Part shown: piece after piece, positions 9,593 to 20,032 of the stretch
Layout of the letters: every line of letters starts with the position of its first letter
Position numbering within the stretch: the first letter of the stretch is position 1
Source of the DNA: Pseudomonadota bacterium
GTDB taxonomy: Bacteria; Pseudomonadota; Gammaproteobacteria; Burkholderiales; Rhodocyclaceae
Reading direction: 5' to 3'
Assembly: GCA_018261895.1 (NCBI GenBank)
Contig: JAGTRT010000005.1
Location: 18,353 to 82,352, forward strand
Length of the DNA: 64,000 nucleotides
Notes under the pieces: generated by a model
Database searches by the model: none
What the model was told of the DNA's origin: nothing
What the model saw: only the letters and a program-made list of their open reading frames with translations
Position numbers and translations under genes: made by a program

Positions 9593-9811
9593 ATGATGGC
9601 GATCAGTTCCATTCTTTTATCCGGCATGCAAAGTCTGCAGTCGAGCGTCAATCGCACGAGCATTGCGGGGAGCGCCTTGAACGTCGAGGCGGGCGATTTC
9701 GCCAGCCGAATGGTGGCGATGCGCCAGGGCGAGATCGAGGCCAAGGCGGCGGCCGATGTGATCAAGACCGGCGACCAGATGCTCGGCAGCATCCTCGATA
9801 TCCGGGGATGA
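9593..9811 (+). CDS. Small protein resembling the flagellar basal-body rod C-terminal domain
   Basis: GGAGG RBS; ends AAADVIKTGDQMLGSILDIRG. Confidence 0.55.
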   Translation: MMAISSILLSGMQSLQSSVNRTSIAGSALNVEAGDFASRMVAMRQGEIEAKAAADVIKTGDQMLGSILDIRG

Positions 9812-9851
9812 CGCCGGCAAGCCTTGCCGGTGGTGCCGGCAGGCGGATCTC

Positions 9852-9885
9852 ACGGTCAACCGGAAAAAATGCCCAAAATTGAAAT
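9852..9885 (+). repeat. Dispersed 34-bp motif, copy 1 (intergenic, between convergent genes)
   Basis: ACGGTCAACCGG AAAAAA TGCCC AAAATT GAAAT. Confidence 0.9.
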
Positions 9886-9917
9886 TTTCACCGGGCGCCG
9901 GGCTTGGGAGGACGGCC

Positions 9918-11615
9918 TCAGGTCTGGTTGGCGAAACGCGCGATGACGTGGCTGGCCATGCCTTTGGCCAGCTCTTCCTCGGCGTGGAACACCGTACCGA
10001 GCCCGTCCTTGCGCAGCAGTCCGGATTCGGCCTCGCTGTGCGTGCGGATGACGATTTCGATGTCCGGATTGAGCGTCCGGGCCGTATCGACCATCTGGCG
10101 AACATGAATCGGATCCGGGCTGGCGATGACGAGCATAGCGGCGTCGGCGATGTGCGCCTGGATCAGCACCGACGGCTCGGCTGCATCGCCGGACACCGCG
10201 GCGATCCCCTTTTCCCGCAGGTCTTCGACCAGCTCCCGGTTCTGCTCGGCGATGACGAAGGGGATGTTCTGTGCCGTCAGCGCCGCGGCAATCCGTTCGC
10301 CGACCCGGCCATAGCCGACCAGCACCACCTGCTTTTCCAGATATTTGCGCTCGGTGCTCATCGGCAGTTCGGCGAAGGGGTCGCCGCGCTGCTCCAGCTC
10401 GCGGGCGACGGCCGACTTGTCGAGCACCCAGCGGCGCAGTGGCTCGATGACCGAGAACATGAGCGGATTGAGCGCGATCGAGACCAGCGCGCCGGCCAGC
10501 ACGAGGCTCATGCCCTCGCTGCTCATCAGGCCGAGCGCTTGGCCGAGCCCGGCGAGGATGAACGAGAACTCGCCGATCTGGGCGAGGCTGGCGGCGACGG
10601 TCAGCGCCGTGTTGAGCGGATAACGCAGCGCCAGCACGAGCGCCATGGCGGCCAGCGACTTGCCTATCATGATGATGGCGACGACGCCGAGCACCTGCAG
10701 CGGCTGGTCGACCAGGATGGCCGGCTGGAAAAGCATGCCGACCGAGACGAAGAAGAGCACCGAAAAGGCGTCGCGCAGCGGCAGGGATTCCTCGGCGGCA
10801 CGGTGGCTGAATTCCGATTCCCGCATGACCATCCCGGCGAAGAAGGCGCCGAGCGCGAAGGAGACGCTGAACAGCATGGCCGCGCCGTAGGCGATGCCGA
10901 TGGCGGCGGCGACGACCGATAGCGTGAACAACTCGCGCGAGCCGGTGGCTGCGATGTGCCAGAGCAGCCAGGGGATGAGTTTGCGTCCGACGATCATCAT
11001 GAGGCCGATGAAGGCGCAGACCTCGAGCAGGGTCTTGGCGATGGCCATCCAGATCGCCTGATTGCCGGCGCCCGCCGGTGCTTCGCCGCCCAGCATGCCG
11101 GCCAGCGGTGGCAGCAGCACGAGCACCATGACCGTGGCCAGATCCTCGACGACCAGCCAGCCGACCGCAATGCGCCCGTTCATGCTGTCGAGCAAGCCCC
11201 GCGCCTCAAGCGCCTTGAGCAGCACCACGGTACTGGCGCAGGACAGCGACAGCCCGAAGAGCAGGCCATGCCCCCAGGACCAGCCCCAGCCCCACGCCAC
11301 CGCCATGCCGAGCAGCGTGGCGCACAGCATCTGGACGACAGCGCCGGGAATGGCGATGCGCTTGACGGCGTTGAGATCGCTGAGTGAAAAATGCAGGCCG
11401 ACGCCGAACATGAGCAGCATCACGCCAATCTCCGAAAGCTGCGAGGCAATCTCGATGTCGGCGACGAAACCCGGCGTCGACGGGCCGATCAGGATGCCGG
11501 CGGCGAGATAACCGACCAATGCAGGAATCTTCAGACGCTCGGCGACGAAGCCGAGGATGAGTGCGATCCCGAAGCCGGCGGCCAACGTGGTGATCAGGGA
11601 AATGTTGTGGTCCAT
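9918..11615 (-). CDS. ybaL: CPA2 cation:proton antiporter with TrkA-N domain (YbaL/RosB-like)
   Basis: GYLAAGILIGP, LMFGVGLHFS, LAQIGEFSFIL, VGYGRVG; start at MDHNISLI. Confidence 0.88.
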   Translation of the reverse strand: MDHNISLITTLAAGFGIALILGFVAERLKIPALVGYLAAGILIGPSTPGFVADIEIASQLSEIGVMLLMFGVGLHFSLSDLNAVKRIAIPGAVVQMLCATLLGMAVAWGWGWSWGHGLLFGLSLSCASTVVLLKALEARGLLDSMNGRIAVGWLVVEDLATVMVLVLLPPLAGMLGGEAPAGAGNQAIWMAIAKTLLEVCAFIGLMMIVGRKLIPWLLWHIAATGSRELFTLSVVAAAIGIAYGAAMLFSVSFALGAFFAGMVMRESEFSHRAAEESLPLRDAFSVLFFVSVGMLFQPAILVDQPLQVLGVVAIIMIGKSLAAMALVLALRYPLNTALTVAASLAQIGEFSFILAGLGQALGLMSSEGMSLVLAGALVSIALNPLMFSVIEPLRRWVLDKSAVARELEQRGDPFAELPMSTERKYLEKQVVLVGYGRVGERIAAALTAQNIPFVIAEQNRELVEDLREKGIAAVSGDAAEPSVLIQAHIADAAMLVIASPDPIHVRQMVDTARTLNPDIEIVIRTHSEAESGLLRKDGLGTVFHAEEELAKGMASHVIARFANQT

Positions 11616-11776
11616 GGGGGCTTTGATGGGTCGATTGATGCATTTTTGCCGGCAGTCTTTCCATCGGACAAGCAGGCTGTGCCGAAGATTCAATCAAGAA
11701 AATCTGAATGCCGCCGTTCAGGGCATTGGCCTTGGTATAGTCCTCACCCAGATCGCGCCAAATCTCTCCGCTCATC

Positions 11777-12688
11777 GTGTTCCAGCCTCCCTATCGCGGC
11801 CGCTTCGCCCCATCGCCCACCGGCCCCCTGCATTTCGGCTCCCTCGTCGCCGCTGTCGGCAGCTATCTCGACGCCCGGACGCAGGGCGGCAGCTGGCTGG
11901 TGCGCATGGAAGACGTCGATACGCCGCGCAACGTGCCGGGGGCGGCTGATGACATCCTGCGCACGCTGGACGCCTTCGGCTTTGCCTGGGATGGCCCGGT
12001 GCTCTATCAGAGCACGCGCTTCGAGGCGTACGCGGCGGCGCTGGAAAAGCTCCGCCAGGATGGGCTGGTTTACGGCTGCGCCTGCTCGCGCAAGGAAATT
12101 GCCGATTCGGCGACGCGCCCGGCCATCGATGGCGGGCTGGCCTATCCCGGCACCTGCCGTCATGGTTTGGCGGCGGGACGTGAGGCGCGGGCCTGGCGCC
12201 TGCGCGTCAATGACGACGAAATCGCCTTCGACGACCGCGTGCAGGGCCGGGTGGGGCAACACCTCGAAACCGATGTCGGCGACTTCGTCCTGCGTCGCGC
12301 CGACGGCCTGTTCGCCTACCAGCTGGCGGTCACGGTCGACGACGATTTTCAGCAGATTTCACAGGTCGTGCGCGGGGCCGACCTGCTCGCCTCGACGCCG
12401 CGCCAGATCTGGCTGCAACGCTGCCTCGGTTTTGCCACGCCGGGCTACGCCCACCTGCCGGTGGCAGCCAACGCGGCCGGCGAAAAGCTCTCGAAGCAAA
12501 CGCTGGCGCGGGCGCTGGCCACCGACAGCGCGGCGGCCGAGTTGATCCGGGCGCTGGCCTTCCTCGGTCAGCCGGTGCCGGCCGACCTGGCCTGGGCGCC
12601 GGTCGCCGAGGTCTGGGCCTGGGCCATGACGCAGTGGGTGTTCAACGCCATCCCGCGCTGCCCGGCCATCATCGTTCCTCAGGCTTGA
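11777..12688 (+). CDS. gluQ: Glutamyl-Q tRNA(Asp) synthetase
   Basis: RFAPSPTGPLHFGS, CACSRKE, VVRGADL, KLSKQ; short, with no anticodon domain. Confidence 0.92.
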   Translation: MFQPPYRGRFAPSPTGPLHFGSLVAAVGSYLDARTQGGSWLVRMEDVDTPRNVPGAADDILRTLDAFGFAWDGPVLYQSTRFEAYAAALEKLRQDGLVYGCACSRKEIADSATRPAIDGGLAYPGTCRHGLAAGREARAWRLRVNDDEIAFDDRVQGRVGQHLETDVGDFVLRRADGLFAYQLAVTVDDDFQQISQVVRGADLLASTPRQIWLQRCLGFATPGYAHLPVAANAAGEKLSKQTLARALATDSAAAELIRALAFLGQPVPADLAWAPVAEVWAWAMTQWVFNAIPRCPAIIVPQA

Positions 12689-13862
12689 CCTCGTCGGCCT
12701 GCCAGTGGCGCTGGCTGTAGCCGGCGATGCCGACCATGAGACGCACCAGCCCGTAGGCCAGCCAGCGCATTAAGCGCGAATGCATGGGCAGGCGGGCCAG
12801 TTCCTCGGCCAGCAGTTCGCGGGCGCCATCGGCCATGGCCGCCTTCAGGCTGTTTTCCAGTTCGCCGGCAAATGCCGCGTCGCGCACGACAAGATTGGCC
12901 TCCTTGGCCATGAGCAGGCTGAACGGATCGATGTTCGACGAACCGACGGTCGCCCATTCGCCATCGATGACGGCAACCTTGGCGTGCATGAAACTCTTTT
13001 CGTACTCGAAGATGCGGACCCCGGCCGCCAGCGTCGCGGCGTACAAGGTCTGGGTGGCGTAGCGAAACAACTGGTGATCGCTCTTGCCCTGGAGCAGCAC
13101 CGTGATGCGCACGCCGCGCTGGGCCGCCGCGTAGAGGGCCCGACCGAAGCGGATACCGGGCAGGAAATAGGCGTTGGCGATCAGGATGTCGTGCCGGGCA
13201 TTCTCGATGGCGTCGAGGTAGGCGTGCAGGATGTCGTTGCGGTGGCGGATGTTGTCGCGGATCAGGAAGGCCGCCGCCTGGGTGCCGGCCACCTCGCAGC
13301 AGGGGGTGGCCACCGGGGCGAGGCGGAAGCGCCGCTTGAAGTTGGCCCACGACACCGTTTCCCACATGCGCCGCGCTGCATGGTGAATCCCCCGCAACAC
13401 CGGGCCTTCGACGCGCACGGCGTAGTCGTAGTGCGGGCACATCTCGGCTGGACCGTTGTTGTCGTCGATGACGTTGATGCCGCCGACGAAGGCGATGCGC
13501 GCATCGATGACGACGAGCTTGCGGTGCAGGCGGCGCAGGCGGTGGCGCTTCAGATGAAAACGCCCGATTTCCGGCCGGTAGAACATGGCGCGCACGCCTG
13601 CGACGGTCAACCGGGAAAAATAGTCAATTTTGAAATTTCGCGCCCCGAAGCCGTCGACCGTGACATTGACCTGGACGCCCCGGTCGGCCGCCCGGCACAG
13701 CGCGCTGGCTACTTCCTGGCCGACTTCGTCGTTGGCGAAAATGTAGCTTTCGAGGTAGATCTCGATTTCGGCCGCATCGATGGCCGCGAGCAGGGCGGGG
13801 AAGTATTCGTCGCCCGAGTTGAGCAGGGTGAGCCGGTTGCCCGGCAGAAACTCAGCGGCCAT
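12669..13862 (-). CDS. clsB: Cardiolipin synthase B
   Basis: Two HKD motifs (HRKLVVID, HAKVAVID); adjacent to a ybhP-like gene. Confidence 0.9.
   Translation of the reverse strand: MAAEFLPGNRLTLLNSGDEYFPALLAAIDAAEIEIYLESYIFANDEVGQEVASALCRAADRGVQVNVTVDGFGARNFKIDYFSRLTVAGVRAMFYRPEIGRFHLKRHRLRRLHRKLVVIDARIAFVGGINVIDDNNGPAEMCPHYDYAVRVEGPVLRGIHHAARRMWETVSWANFKRRFRLAPVATPCCEVAGTQAAAFLIRDNIRHRNDILHAYLDAIENARHDILIANAYFLPGIRFGRALYAAAQRGVRITVLLQGKSDHQLFRYATQTLYAATLAAGVRIFEYEKSFMHAKVAVIDGEWATVGSSNIDPFSLLMAKEANLVVRDAAFAGELENSLKAAMADGARELLAEELARLPMHSRLMRWLAYGLVRLMVGIAGYSQRHWQADEVKPEER
13603..13636 (+). repeat. Dispersed 34-bp motif, copy 2 (inside clsB, antisense)
   Basis: ACGGTCAACCGG GAAAAA TAGTC AATTTT GAAAT. 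Confidence 0.85.
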
Positions 13863-14610
13863 GCCGGCTCAGGTGCGCCGACAGGGCGGCGTGATCGGAA
13901 ATGGCCGACCACGGCTGGCCATGATGGACTTCGGTACGCTTCACCTCGAAGCCGCGCACGTAGATGCGGTCGAGACGGAACATCGGCATGGCGGCCGGAA
14001 AACTGCGCACCGGAATGCCGCCGGGCCCGCCAAATACCTCGCGCAGGCCGAGACGCCGGGCCAGGTCGTCGCCGACCCGGTTGCGCCAGTCGTTGAAATC
14101 GCCCGCCACGATGAGCGGGGCGTTCGGCTCGGCCAGGCGGTCGAGGTAATCGGCCAGCGCCGCCATCTGCTTGCGCCGCGAATAGCCGAACAGCGACAGA
14201 TGCACGCACACGCAGTGCACGAGCGGGCCGTCGGGCAACTCGATCCGGCAATGCAGCAGGCCGCGTTTCTCGAACTGCAGGTGCGTCACATCCTGGTTGT
14301 GCGCGTGCAGGATCGGGAAGCGCGAGAGGATGGCGTTGCCGTGGTGGCCGTGGTCGTAAAGCATGTTGCGGCCGTAGGCCGAGGCGGCCCAGACATCCTC
14401 GGCCAGGAACTCGTGCTGCGGCGAATCCGGCCAGTCGTCGTGGTTTTCGGCATGCACCAGATGCAGACCCTGCACTTCCTGCAGGAAGACGATGTCGGGG
14501 TTCAGGTGGCGCAGGCGCTCGCGCAGCTCATGCACCATCATCCGCCGGTTGAACTGCGAAAAACCCTTGTGGATGTTGTAGGTGGTGATGTGAAGGCTGG
14601 GCGTGCTCAA
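13852..14610 (-). CDS. Endonuclease/exonuclease/phosphatase family protein (YbhP-like)
   Basis: TYNIHKG, LQEV, GDFNDW, LDRIY, SDH; probable TTG start at 14610 after GGAG. Confidence 0.85.
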   Translation of the reverse strand: MSTPSLHITTYNIHKGFSQFNRRMMVHELRERLRHLNPDIVFLQEVQGLHLVHAENHDDWPDSPQHEFLAEDVWAASAYGRNMLYDHGHHGNAILSRFPILHAHNQDVTHLQFEKRGLLHCRIELPDGPLVHCVCVHLSLFGYSRRKQMAALADYLDRLAEPNAPLIVAGDFNDWRNRVGDDLARRLGLREVFGGPGGIPVRSFPAAMPMFRLDRIYVRGFEVKRTEVHHGQPWSAISDHAALSAHLSRHGR

Positions 14611-14680
14611 GCGGACTCCGATAATTCGCTGGTCGCGCCGGACGGCGACGAACCCGCACAAGAGTACCAAGCCTTCGCGC

Positions 14681-16054
14681 TTATTGCAGCATGAACGTTT
14701 CGTATTCGAGGCGGCTCAGGCGCCGCGACAGGAGCATGAGGCCGGTGATCAGCGTGACCAGCACGGCCAGCGCGAAGCCGTAGCCGTAAAGCGCAGCGCC
14801 CCAGTAAAGCGTAAGCGCCGTGAAAATGACGTTGAGCAGCACGAACTCGGCGCACAGCAAGAGCACGATGCGCCGCTGGTCGAGGTAGAAAAAGACGTTG
14901 AGCACGGCCATCAGGCCAACCTGCAGGCCGGCGCCGATGACCTGGACGTAAAGCAGCGGCAGGTAGAGCTCGCTGATGCCGAGGGCGCGGAGCAGCGTCG
15001 GGCCGGCGACGAAGGTGGCGAGCACGGCCAGGCTCTGGATCTTGCCGATCTCGCCGAGACCCTGCTGGATCGAATAGACCATCTCGTCGCGCATGTCCTC
15101 GATGTATTCGAGCGAGCCGCCGCCGCGCACGGCGTTGTAGAACTTGTCGTAATACTCGACGAAATCGGTCTCGATGCGGACGAGGAAAACCGCCATGCCG
15201 GGAATGATCGACAGGTAGGCGAGGAAGACCGGCAGGTCGTAGATGACCGAGGCCTGCAGGTGGCCGATGACGGCATCCGAGGTGTCCGGGAAATACCAGA
15301 ACATGAACTTGTCGACCCAGATGCCGAGGTTGTAGAGCAGGCCGATGGCCATCAGGCTCGGGTAGCGCAGTTCCGGTCGGGCGAAATCGAAGCTGATCAG
15401 GTGGTCGCGCGGCGAAAAGTCGCGCGCCGTGAGCACCCACATGCCGGCGACGAGCACCAGGTGGCCGAGGACGAAGCCGGCGAGCAGGCCTTCGAGACCG
15501 TAGGGGCGCAGGAGCAGGGCGAGGACGATGATCAGGCCGTAGGCGACGCCGAACAGCGTCACGATGGCGTGGTAGCGCTTCATGCCGGACAGGAAGACGG
15601 TCATCACCCAGACCGTGCACATCAGCACGAAGCCGGCCAGCATGAGCAGGCGATAGAGCAGGCTCAGGCCGGGGAAGACGAGAAAGAGGCAGCAGGTGCC
15701 GAGCAGGCTCGCAGCCAGCACGACGACGAGGAGCAGGCCATTCAGGTTGGGCATGATCCGGTCGTGCTGCTTTTCGAACAGGCGGTCCGAGACGAAGCGC
15801 GTGAAGGCGAGCTGGACCAGCCCGGTGAGGACGAGACTGCTCGCCACGAGGTAGGTCACCGAGGTCTGGAACTGCGTGATGGTGAACGACGGCGTGGCGA
15901 TGCTCGCGCTGATCAGGCCGACGAGCAGGATGCCGAGGATGGAAAAGACCCACGGCCCGGAGCTGATGATGCCGGCGTAGGCATAGGCCTCGACCAGGCC
16001 GAGCAGGGTATTTTTGCGCAGCAGGCGGCGCAGTTCGAAGCCGATGCCGGCCAT
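14681..16054 (-). CDS. pelG: Pel exopolysaccharide transporter PelG
   Basis: MAGIGFELR, SSGPW, WVDKFMFW, YDLPVFLAY. Confidence 0.93.
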   Translation of the reverse strand: MAGIGFELRRLLRKNTLLGLVEAYAYAGIISSGPWVFSILGILLVGLISASIATPSFTITQFQTSVTYLVASSLVLTGLVQLAFTRFVSDRLFEKQHDRIMPNLNGLLLVVVLAASLLGTCCLFLVFPGLSLLYRLLMLAGFVLMCTVWVMTVFLSGMKRYHAIVTLFGVAYGLIIVLALLLRPYGLEGLLAGFVLGHLVLVAGMWVLTARDFSPRDHLISFDFARPELRYPSLMAIGLLYNLGIWVDKFMFWYFPDTSDAVIGHLQASVIYDLPVFLAYLSIIPGMAVFLVRIETDFVEYYDKFYNAVRGGGSLEYIEDMRDEMVYSIQQGLGEIGKIQSLAVLATFVAGPTLLRALGISELYLPLLYVQVIGAGLQVGLMAVLNVFFYLDQRRIVLLLCAEFVLLNVIFTALTLYWGAALYGYGFALAVLVTLITGLMLLSRRLSRLEYETFMLQ

Positions 16055-16055
16055 C

Positions 16056-17588
16056 TCAGTCGCCCTTCCCGGCGCGGGCCAGCGCCTGTTCGTACACCGT
16101 GCGGTAGCGGCCGAACATCAGGTCGTCGGTGTAATAGCGCTCGACACGGGCAATGCCGGCCCGGCTCGCCGCCTGCCAGCGCGTTTCGTCGCGCAGCAGG
16201 GCGACGGCGGCATCGGCCAGCCCCTGCGGATCGGCGATGTTGCAGACGGCGCCGGCGGCGCCCAGCGCCCGGTCGTCGTCACCGAGCCCTTCGATGAGCT
16301 GGCGGCAGGAGCCGACATCCGTCGAAATGCTCGGCACGCCGGCCGCACAAGCTTCGAGAATGACCAGCGGCAGCGCCTCGCTGATCGAGGAGAGCACGGT
16401 CAGCCCGATCTTGGGCAGGAGATCGTCGACTTTCTGGAAGCCGAGGAAACGCACCTTGTCCTGCAGGCCGAGGCTCTGCACGAGATTCCGGCATTCCAGG
16501 GCGTAGGCCGGGTCTTCGTCCTCCGGCCCGGCGATCCAGCCTTCTGCCTCGGGAAGCTGATTGACGATGCTGCGCATGGCGCGGATGAAAGTCTTGATGT
16601 CCTTGATCGGCACGATGCGGCCGATCAGGCACAGCACCGGCGGAACCTTCTCCGGCCGGGCCGCGCGCAGCGGCGCGAAGCGCTGCAGGCTGATGCCGTT
16701 GGGGATGTTGGTCGTGCGCTCGGGGCGGGCGCCGTCGGCGATCTGGCGCAGTCGGTTCTGCTCGTAGAGGGCGATGATCGGGTCGGCCGCCTCGTAGCAG
16801 AAACGGCCCATCCACTCGAAGAAGTTGATCCACATCTGGCGGAAATACGAGAGCTCCGTCGGGTCGCGCTGGAAGACATTGCGGTTGTCGCGAATCCATT
16901 CGCTCTTGAACAGGTCGATCTTGCGTTCCTTGGTGTAGATGCCATGTTCGGAGAGGATCAGCGGCGTGCCGCGCTGCTGGTGGAGCAGGGTGCCCAAAAA
17001 GCCGGCATAGCCGGTCGAGATGGTGTGCAGCACCTTGACCTCGAGCAGGCCGTTCGCCACCTTGGCCAGCTTCCAGAGCGGCGCGTGCATGATGCGCACG
17101 GTCCAGAAATAGTCGACGAAAGACGGGTCGGTGCAGTATTTGCGATAACGGTCGCAGACGATTTCCCAGGAACGCTTGCTGTGCAGGAAGTCGTCGAGCG
17201 GCAGCTGGCCGCCGGGCATCATGGCATGGGCGACGGACTTGAAGGCCTGCATGGCCTCGGGCAGCGGCGCACCGGACGTGAATTTTTCGTGCAGGCAGGC
17301 CGCCGCCTCGAATGCCGGCTCGTCGCCGGCGCGGGCGCGCGGTTTTTCGCGGGCGGGCAGGTCGTCGTAGAGGAAATGTTCCTCGAAATGCACGACATTG
17401 GCCGGTAACTCGTAGCGGAAACCGTTGTAATCCTCGCGTCGGCTCCCCAGGAAGACGAGGGCGAAGCGGTATTCCGGGTAGGCCCGGATGATCTGGTTGA
17501 CCCAGCTCGACACCCCGCCGCTGACGTAGGGAAAGGTCCCTTCGAGGAGCAGGGCGATGTCGGCTTCGCGGGCGGTGGGCCGTTTCAT
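16056..17588 (-). CDS. pelF: Pel glycosyltransferase PelF (GT4)
   Basis: EGTFPYVSGGVSSW, STGYAG, SEHGIYTKER, SISEALPL. Confidence 0.93.
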   Translation of the reverse strand: MKRPTAREADIALLLEGTFPYVSGGVSSWVNQIIRAYPEYRFALVFLGSRREDYNGFRYELPANVVHFEEHFLYDDLPAREKPRARAGDEPAFEAAACLHEKFTSGAPLPEAMQAFKSVAHAMMPGGQLPLDDFLHSKRSWEIVCDRYRKYCTDPSFVDYFWTVRIMHAPLWKLAKVANGLLEVKVLHTISTGYAGFLGTLLHQQRGTPLILSEHGIYTKERKIDLFKSEWIRDNRNVFQRDPTELSYFRQMWINFFEWMGRFCYEAADPIIALYEQNRLRQIADGARPERTTNIPNGISLQRFAPLRAARPEKVPPVLCLIGRIVPIKDIKTFIRAMRSIVNQLPEAEGWIAGPEDEDPAYALECRNLVQSLGLQDKVRFLGFQKVDDLLPKIGLTVLSSISEALPLVILEACAAGVPSISTDVGSCRQLIEGLGDDDRALGAAGAVCNIADPQGLADAAVALLRDETRWQAASRAGIARVERYYTDDLMFGRYRTVYEQALARAGKGD

Positions 17589-18601
17589 TGCGGGTTCCAG
17601 TATTGAATCACGGGGTGTAGCCGGGGCAGCGCCGCCCAGATCGACAGGTCATTCATCAGGCGCCGGGCGTCGGCGTGGGCGCCCTGGTCGAAGCGCAGTT
17701 CGGCCAGGTAGGGCAGCACGCGGGTGGCCGGCAGGCCGAGGGCGAGCGCCTTGTAATAGGCCTCGGCGGCGTCCTCAAGCTGGCTGTTGGCGTGCAGGAG
17801 ACGGCCGTGGCGCAGCATCAGGGCGGCGTCGTAGGGCTCGTGCCGCAACACGATCCGGCAGTATTTCAGGGATTCCGCGAGGGCGTGGCGGCGCAGGTCG
17901 CCCTGCACGAGATGCTGGTAGATCAGCTCCCAGTAAAGGTCCGAGAGGCGGCGGGCGGCTGCCAGCATGGTCGGGCGTTGCGCGGGCGTGGCCGCTTCGC
18001 CCTGGCAGGTGCCGAACTTGCCGAGTTCCTCGTCGATGGCCTGGTTGATGCGCTTTTCCTGATTGTCGAGCATGCCGTAGGCGAGCAGGCGGATGTCCTC
18101 GCTCGGGTCGGCGAGGACGTCGCGCAGCAGGGGCGTGGCCACGCGTCCGGAGACGTATTGCAGGGCGACCAGCGCGCCCATGCGCGACGCGGTTGGCGCG
18201 CTGGCGTTGCTCAGGAAGGCGCGCAGCCCGGATTGCCGGAAGCCGCCCGGGGTGTGCTGATGTGGGTCGAAGTCGGGGAGTTCGACGGATTCGAAGCTGG
18301 GTGAAGGCGGGCCGGCGCGATAGCCGCGCAGGATGAAGATGCCGCCGAGGACGCCCAAAAAGCCGAGCACCGGCACGGCATAGCTGCAGCCGGCGAGGAG
18401 CAGCATGACGGGGCGTCGCGGCCGGGTCAGTGCCGGCGGCAGGAGCAGGATGGCGAAGCTGGCGAGGAGCAGGCTGGCCGCCCCGTGCAGGACGAGGTAC
18501 CAGAGCAGGTGGGCGTCGGCGTGGTCGCCGAGCGTGTCGCCGCCGAACCAGGCGGCGATTTCGAGCAGGAAGGCGTAGACCGCGAACTGGGCGTTAGGCA
18601 T
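17585..18601 (-). CDS. pelE: Pel biosynthesis protein PelE
   Basis: TM N-terminus, EDIRLLAYGML, YWELIYQ..QGD; position within the operon. Confidence 0.85.
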   Translation of the reverse strand: MPNAQFAVYAFLLEIAAWFGGDTLGDHADAHLLWYLVLHGAASLLLASFAILLLPPALTRPRRPVMLLLAGCSYAVPVLGFLGVLGGIFILRGYRAGPPSPSFESVELPDFDPHQHTPGGFRQSGLRAFLSNASAPTASRMGALVALQYVSGRVATPLLRDVLADPSEDIRLLAYGMLDNQEKRINQAIDEELGKFGTCQGEAATPAQRPTMLAAARRLSDLYWELIYQHLVQGDLRRHALAESLKYCRIVLRHEPYDAALMLRHGRLLHANSQLEDAAEAYYKALALGLPATRVLPYLAELRFDQGAHADARRLMNDLSIWAALPRLHPVIQYWNPQ

Positions 18602-20021
18602 GGGCGATGTCGAGGATTTTCTGCACGATGGCCAGGGGCGGTTCCTTGTTGAGGAGCAGGATGTGGCCGAAGATGCCTTGCTCGGCCAGCGTCTTGCCGC
18701 TGCGCTGGTGCATCCAGAACTCGAGGCGGTTGAGGTAGCCCTCGGCCGCCGAGGCGCCCGAGATGGGCATGAGCGTGGCGAGGAAATCATAGGCGGGTGC
18801 GGACTCGGGGGGCTCGTCGCCATCGGGCGTAATGCGCCAGTTTTCGTCGAGGGCGCGTTTCTGGCGCTGGATCTGGCAGGCCAGGTCGGGTGCGCTGGCT
18901 TGCCGGCGGATCTTGAGCACGACGACGGCACTGACCACCTCGCTGATCTGGCGGATGTGCCAGAGGCGCTGCAGTTCGAAGGCGAACTCGGGCGGGCAGT
19001 CCGGAAAGCGGCTGCGGATCGGTTCGGCCAGCGATTGCACCGACAGGCTGTCGGCGTAGTAGCCGAGCAGCAGGTTGATGGTCTGCAGCGTTTCGTCCTG
19101 CAGCGAGAAGAAGGGCAGGCGTTCGACGAGGAGCAGGCCGAAATGCTCGCCGTTCAGGTTGGTGAGCGGGGCGGCAATGAGGTAGCGGCTGTGGCTGTCG
19201 TGTTCGGCGATCGACTGGCTGATGTGGCAGAGCTGGCCGGTTTCAAGTGCGTGGGCGATAAGCGGGTCGTCAGCGCTGAGCGGCGTGTGTTCGCCGAGGG
19301 TGCCGAGCGGCGCGGTTTCGACCTTGCCGTCGGCGATCCGGTGCAGGGTGGCGATTTCCAGCTGGCAGTATTGCGCCAGCAGGCGCAGCAGGGCATTGGC
19401 GCAGAGGTGGTCGGATTCGTGCTGGTCGGCGGTGACCAGCTTGCGCATGTTGCCGAGGGCGTCGCGCATGGCCATCGGGTGGCTGATCAGCTCCTGTTCC
19501 AGGCGGTCGTGCGAGAGACGCAGCAGGTAGTGCTGGTGGGTCAGGAATTCGAGGCGCTGGTCGAGATAGCGCTGCACGGCTTCGGCGCGCCGGGTGCGGG
19601 CGAGCCACAGGCTGGCGAATTCGCCGATGACCATGACGAGGATCAGGCCGCCGAGAAAGAACAGCTTGGGAAACGCCGTCTGGCCGCCGGGGTTGAGCAG
19701 CAGCCAGGCGAGCAGCAGCATGCCGGCGCCGCCAATGCCGGCGAGCGGGCCATAGCGCAGGGCCAGCACGACCGGGGCGAACCATGCCCACGGGAAACTC
19801 GAATGACTCCACAGCGGGTCCTGGGGGTGCAACAGGATGCCGAGGCTGACCGCGATCAGGGGCAAAACGACGGTTTCGCCGATGATTGCCCAGGGCTTGG
19901 TGGTGGGCGAGGTGAGCCGGCCGAGAACGCGCCAGCTCGGCGCCGGCGCTTCGGTCCGGGCGTCGCGCGGGGTTTGCAGGGCGCCGGGGGGACGGCTTGC
20001 CGCGAGGTCGAGCGGAGACAT
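18594..20021 (-). CDS. pelD: c-di-GMP receptor PelD (TM-GAF-degenerate GGDEF)
   Basis: ALRYG, LRLSHDRLEQ, RxxD I-site (RALD). Confidence 0.88.
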   Translation of the reverse strand: MSPLDLAASRPPGALQTPRDARTEAPAPSWRVLGRLTSPTTKPWAIIGETVVLPLIAVSLGILLHPQDPLWSHSSFPWAWFAPVVLALRYGPLAGIGGAGMLLLAWLLLNPGGQTAFPKLFFLGGLILVMVIGEFASLWLARTRRAEAVQRYLDQRLEFLTHQHYLLRLSHDRLEQELISHPMAMRDALGNMRKLVTADQHESDHLCANALLRLLAQYCQLEIATLHRIADGKVETAPLGTLGEHTPLSADDPLIAHALETGQLCHISQSIAEHDSHSRYLIAAPLTNLNGEHFGLLLVERLPFFSLQDETLQTINLLLGYYADSLSVQSLAEPIRSRFPDCPPEFAFELQRLWHIRQISEVVSAVVVLKIRRQASAPDLACQIQRQKRALDENWRITPDGDEPPESAPAYDFLATLMPISGASAAEGYLNRLEFWMHQRSGKTLAEQGIFGHILLLNKEPPLAIVQKILDIAHA

Positions 20022-20032
20022 GGCGCGGTGGC

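Noticed and set aside
12669-12688. 20-bp convergent overlap of the gluQ and clsB 3' ends
   Set aside because: Short tail-to-tail overlaps are common and imply no special function.
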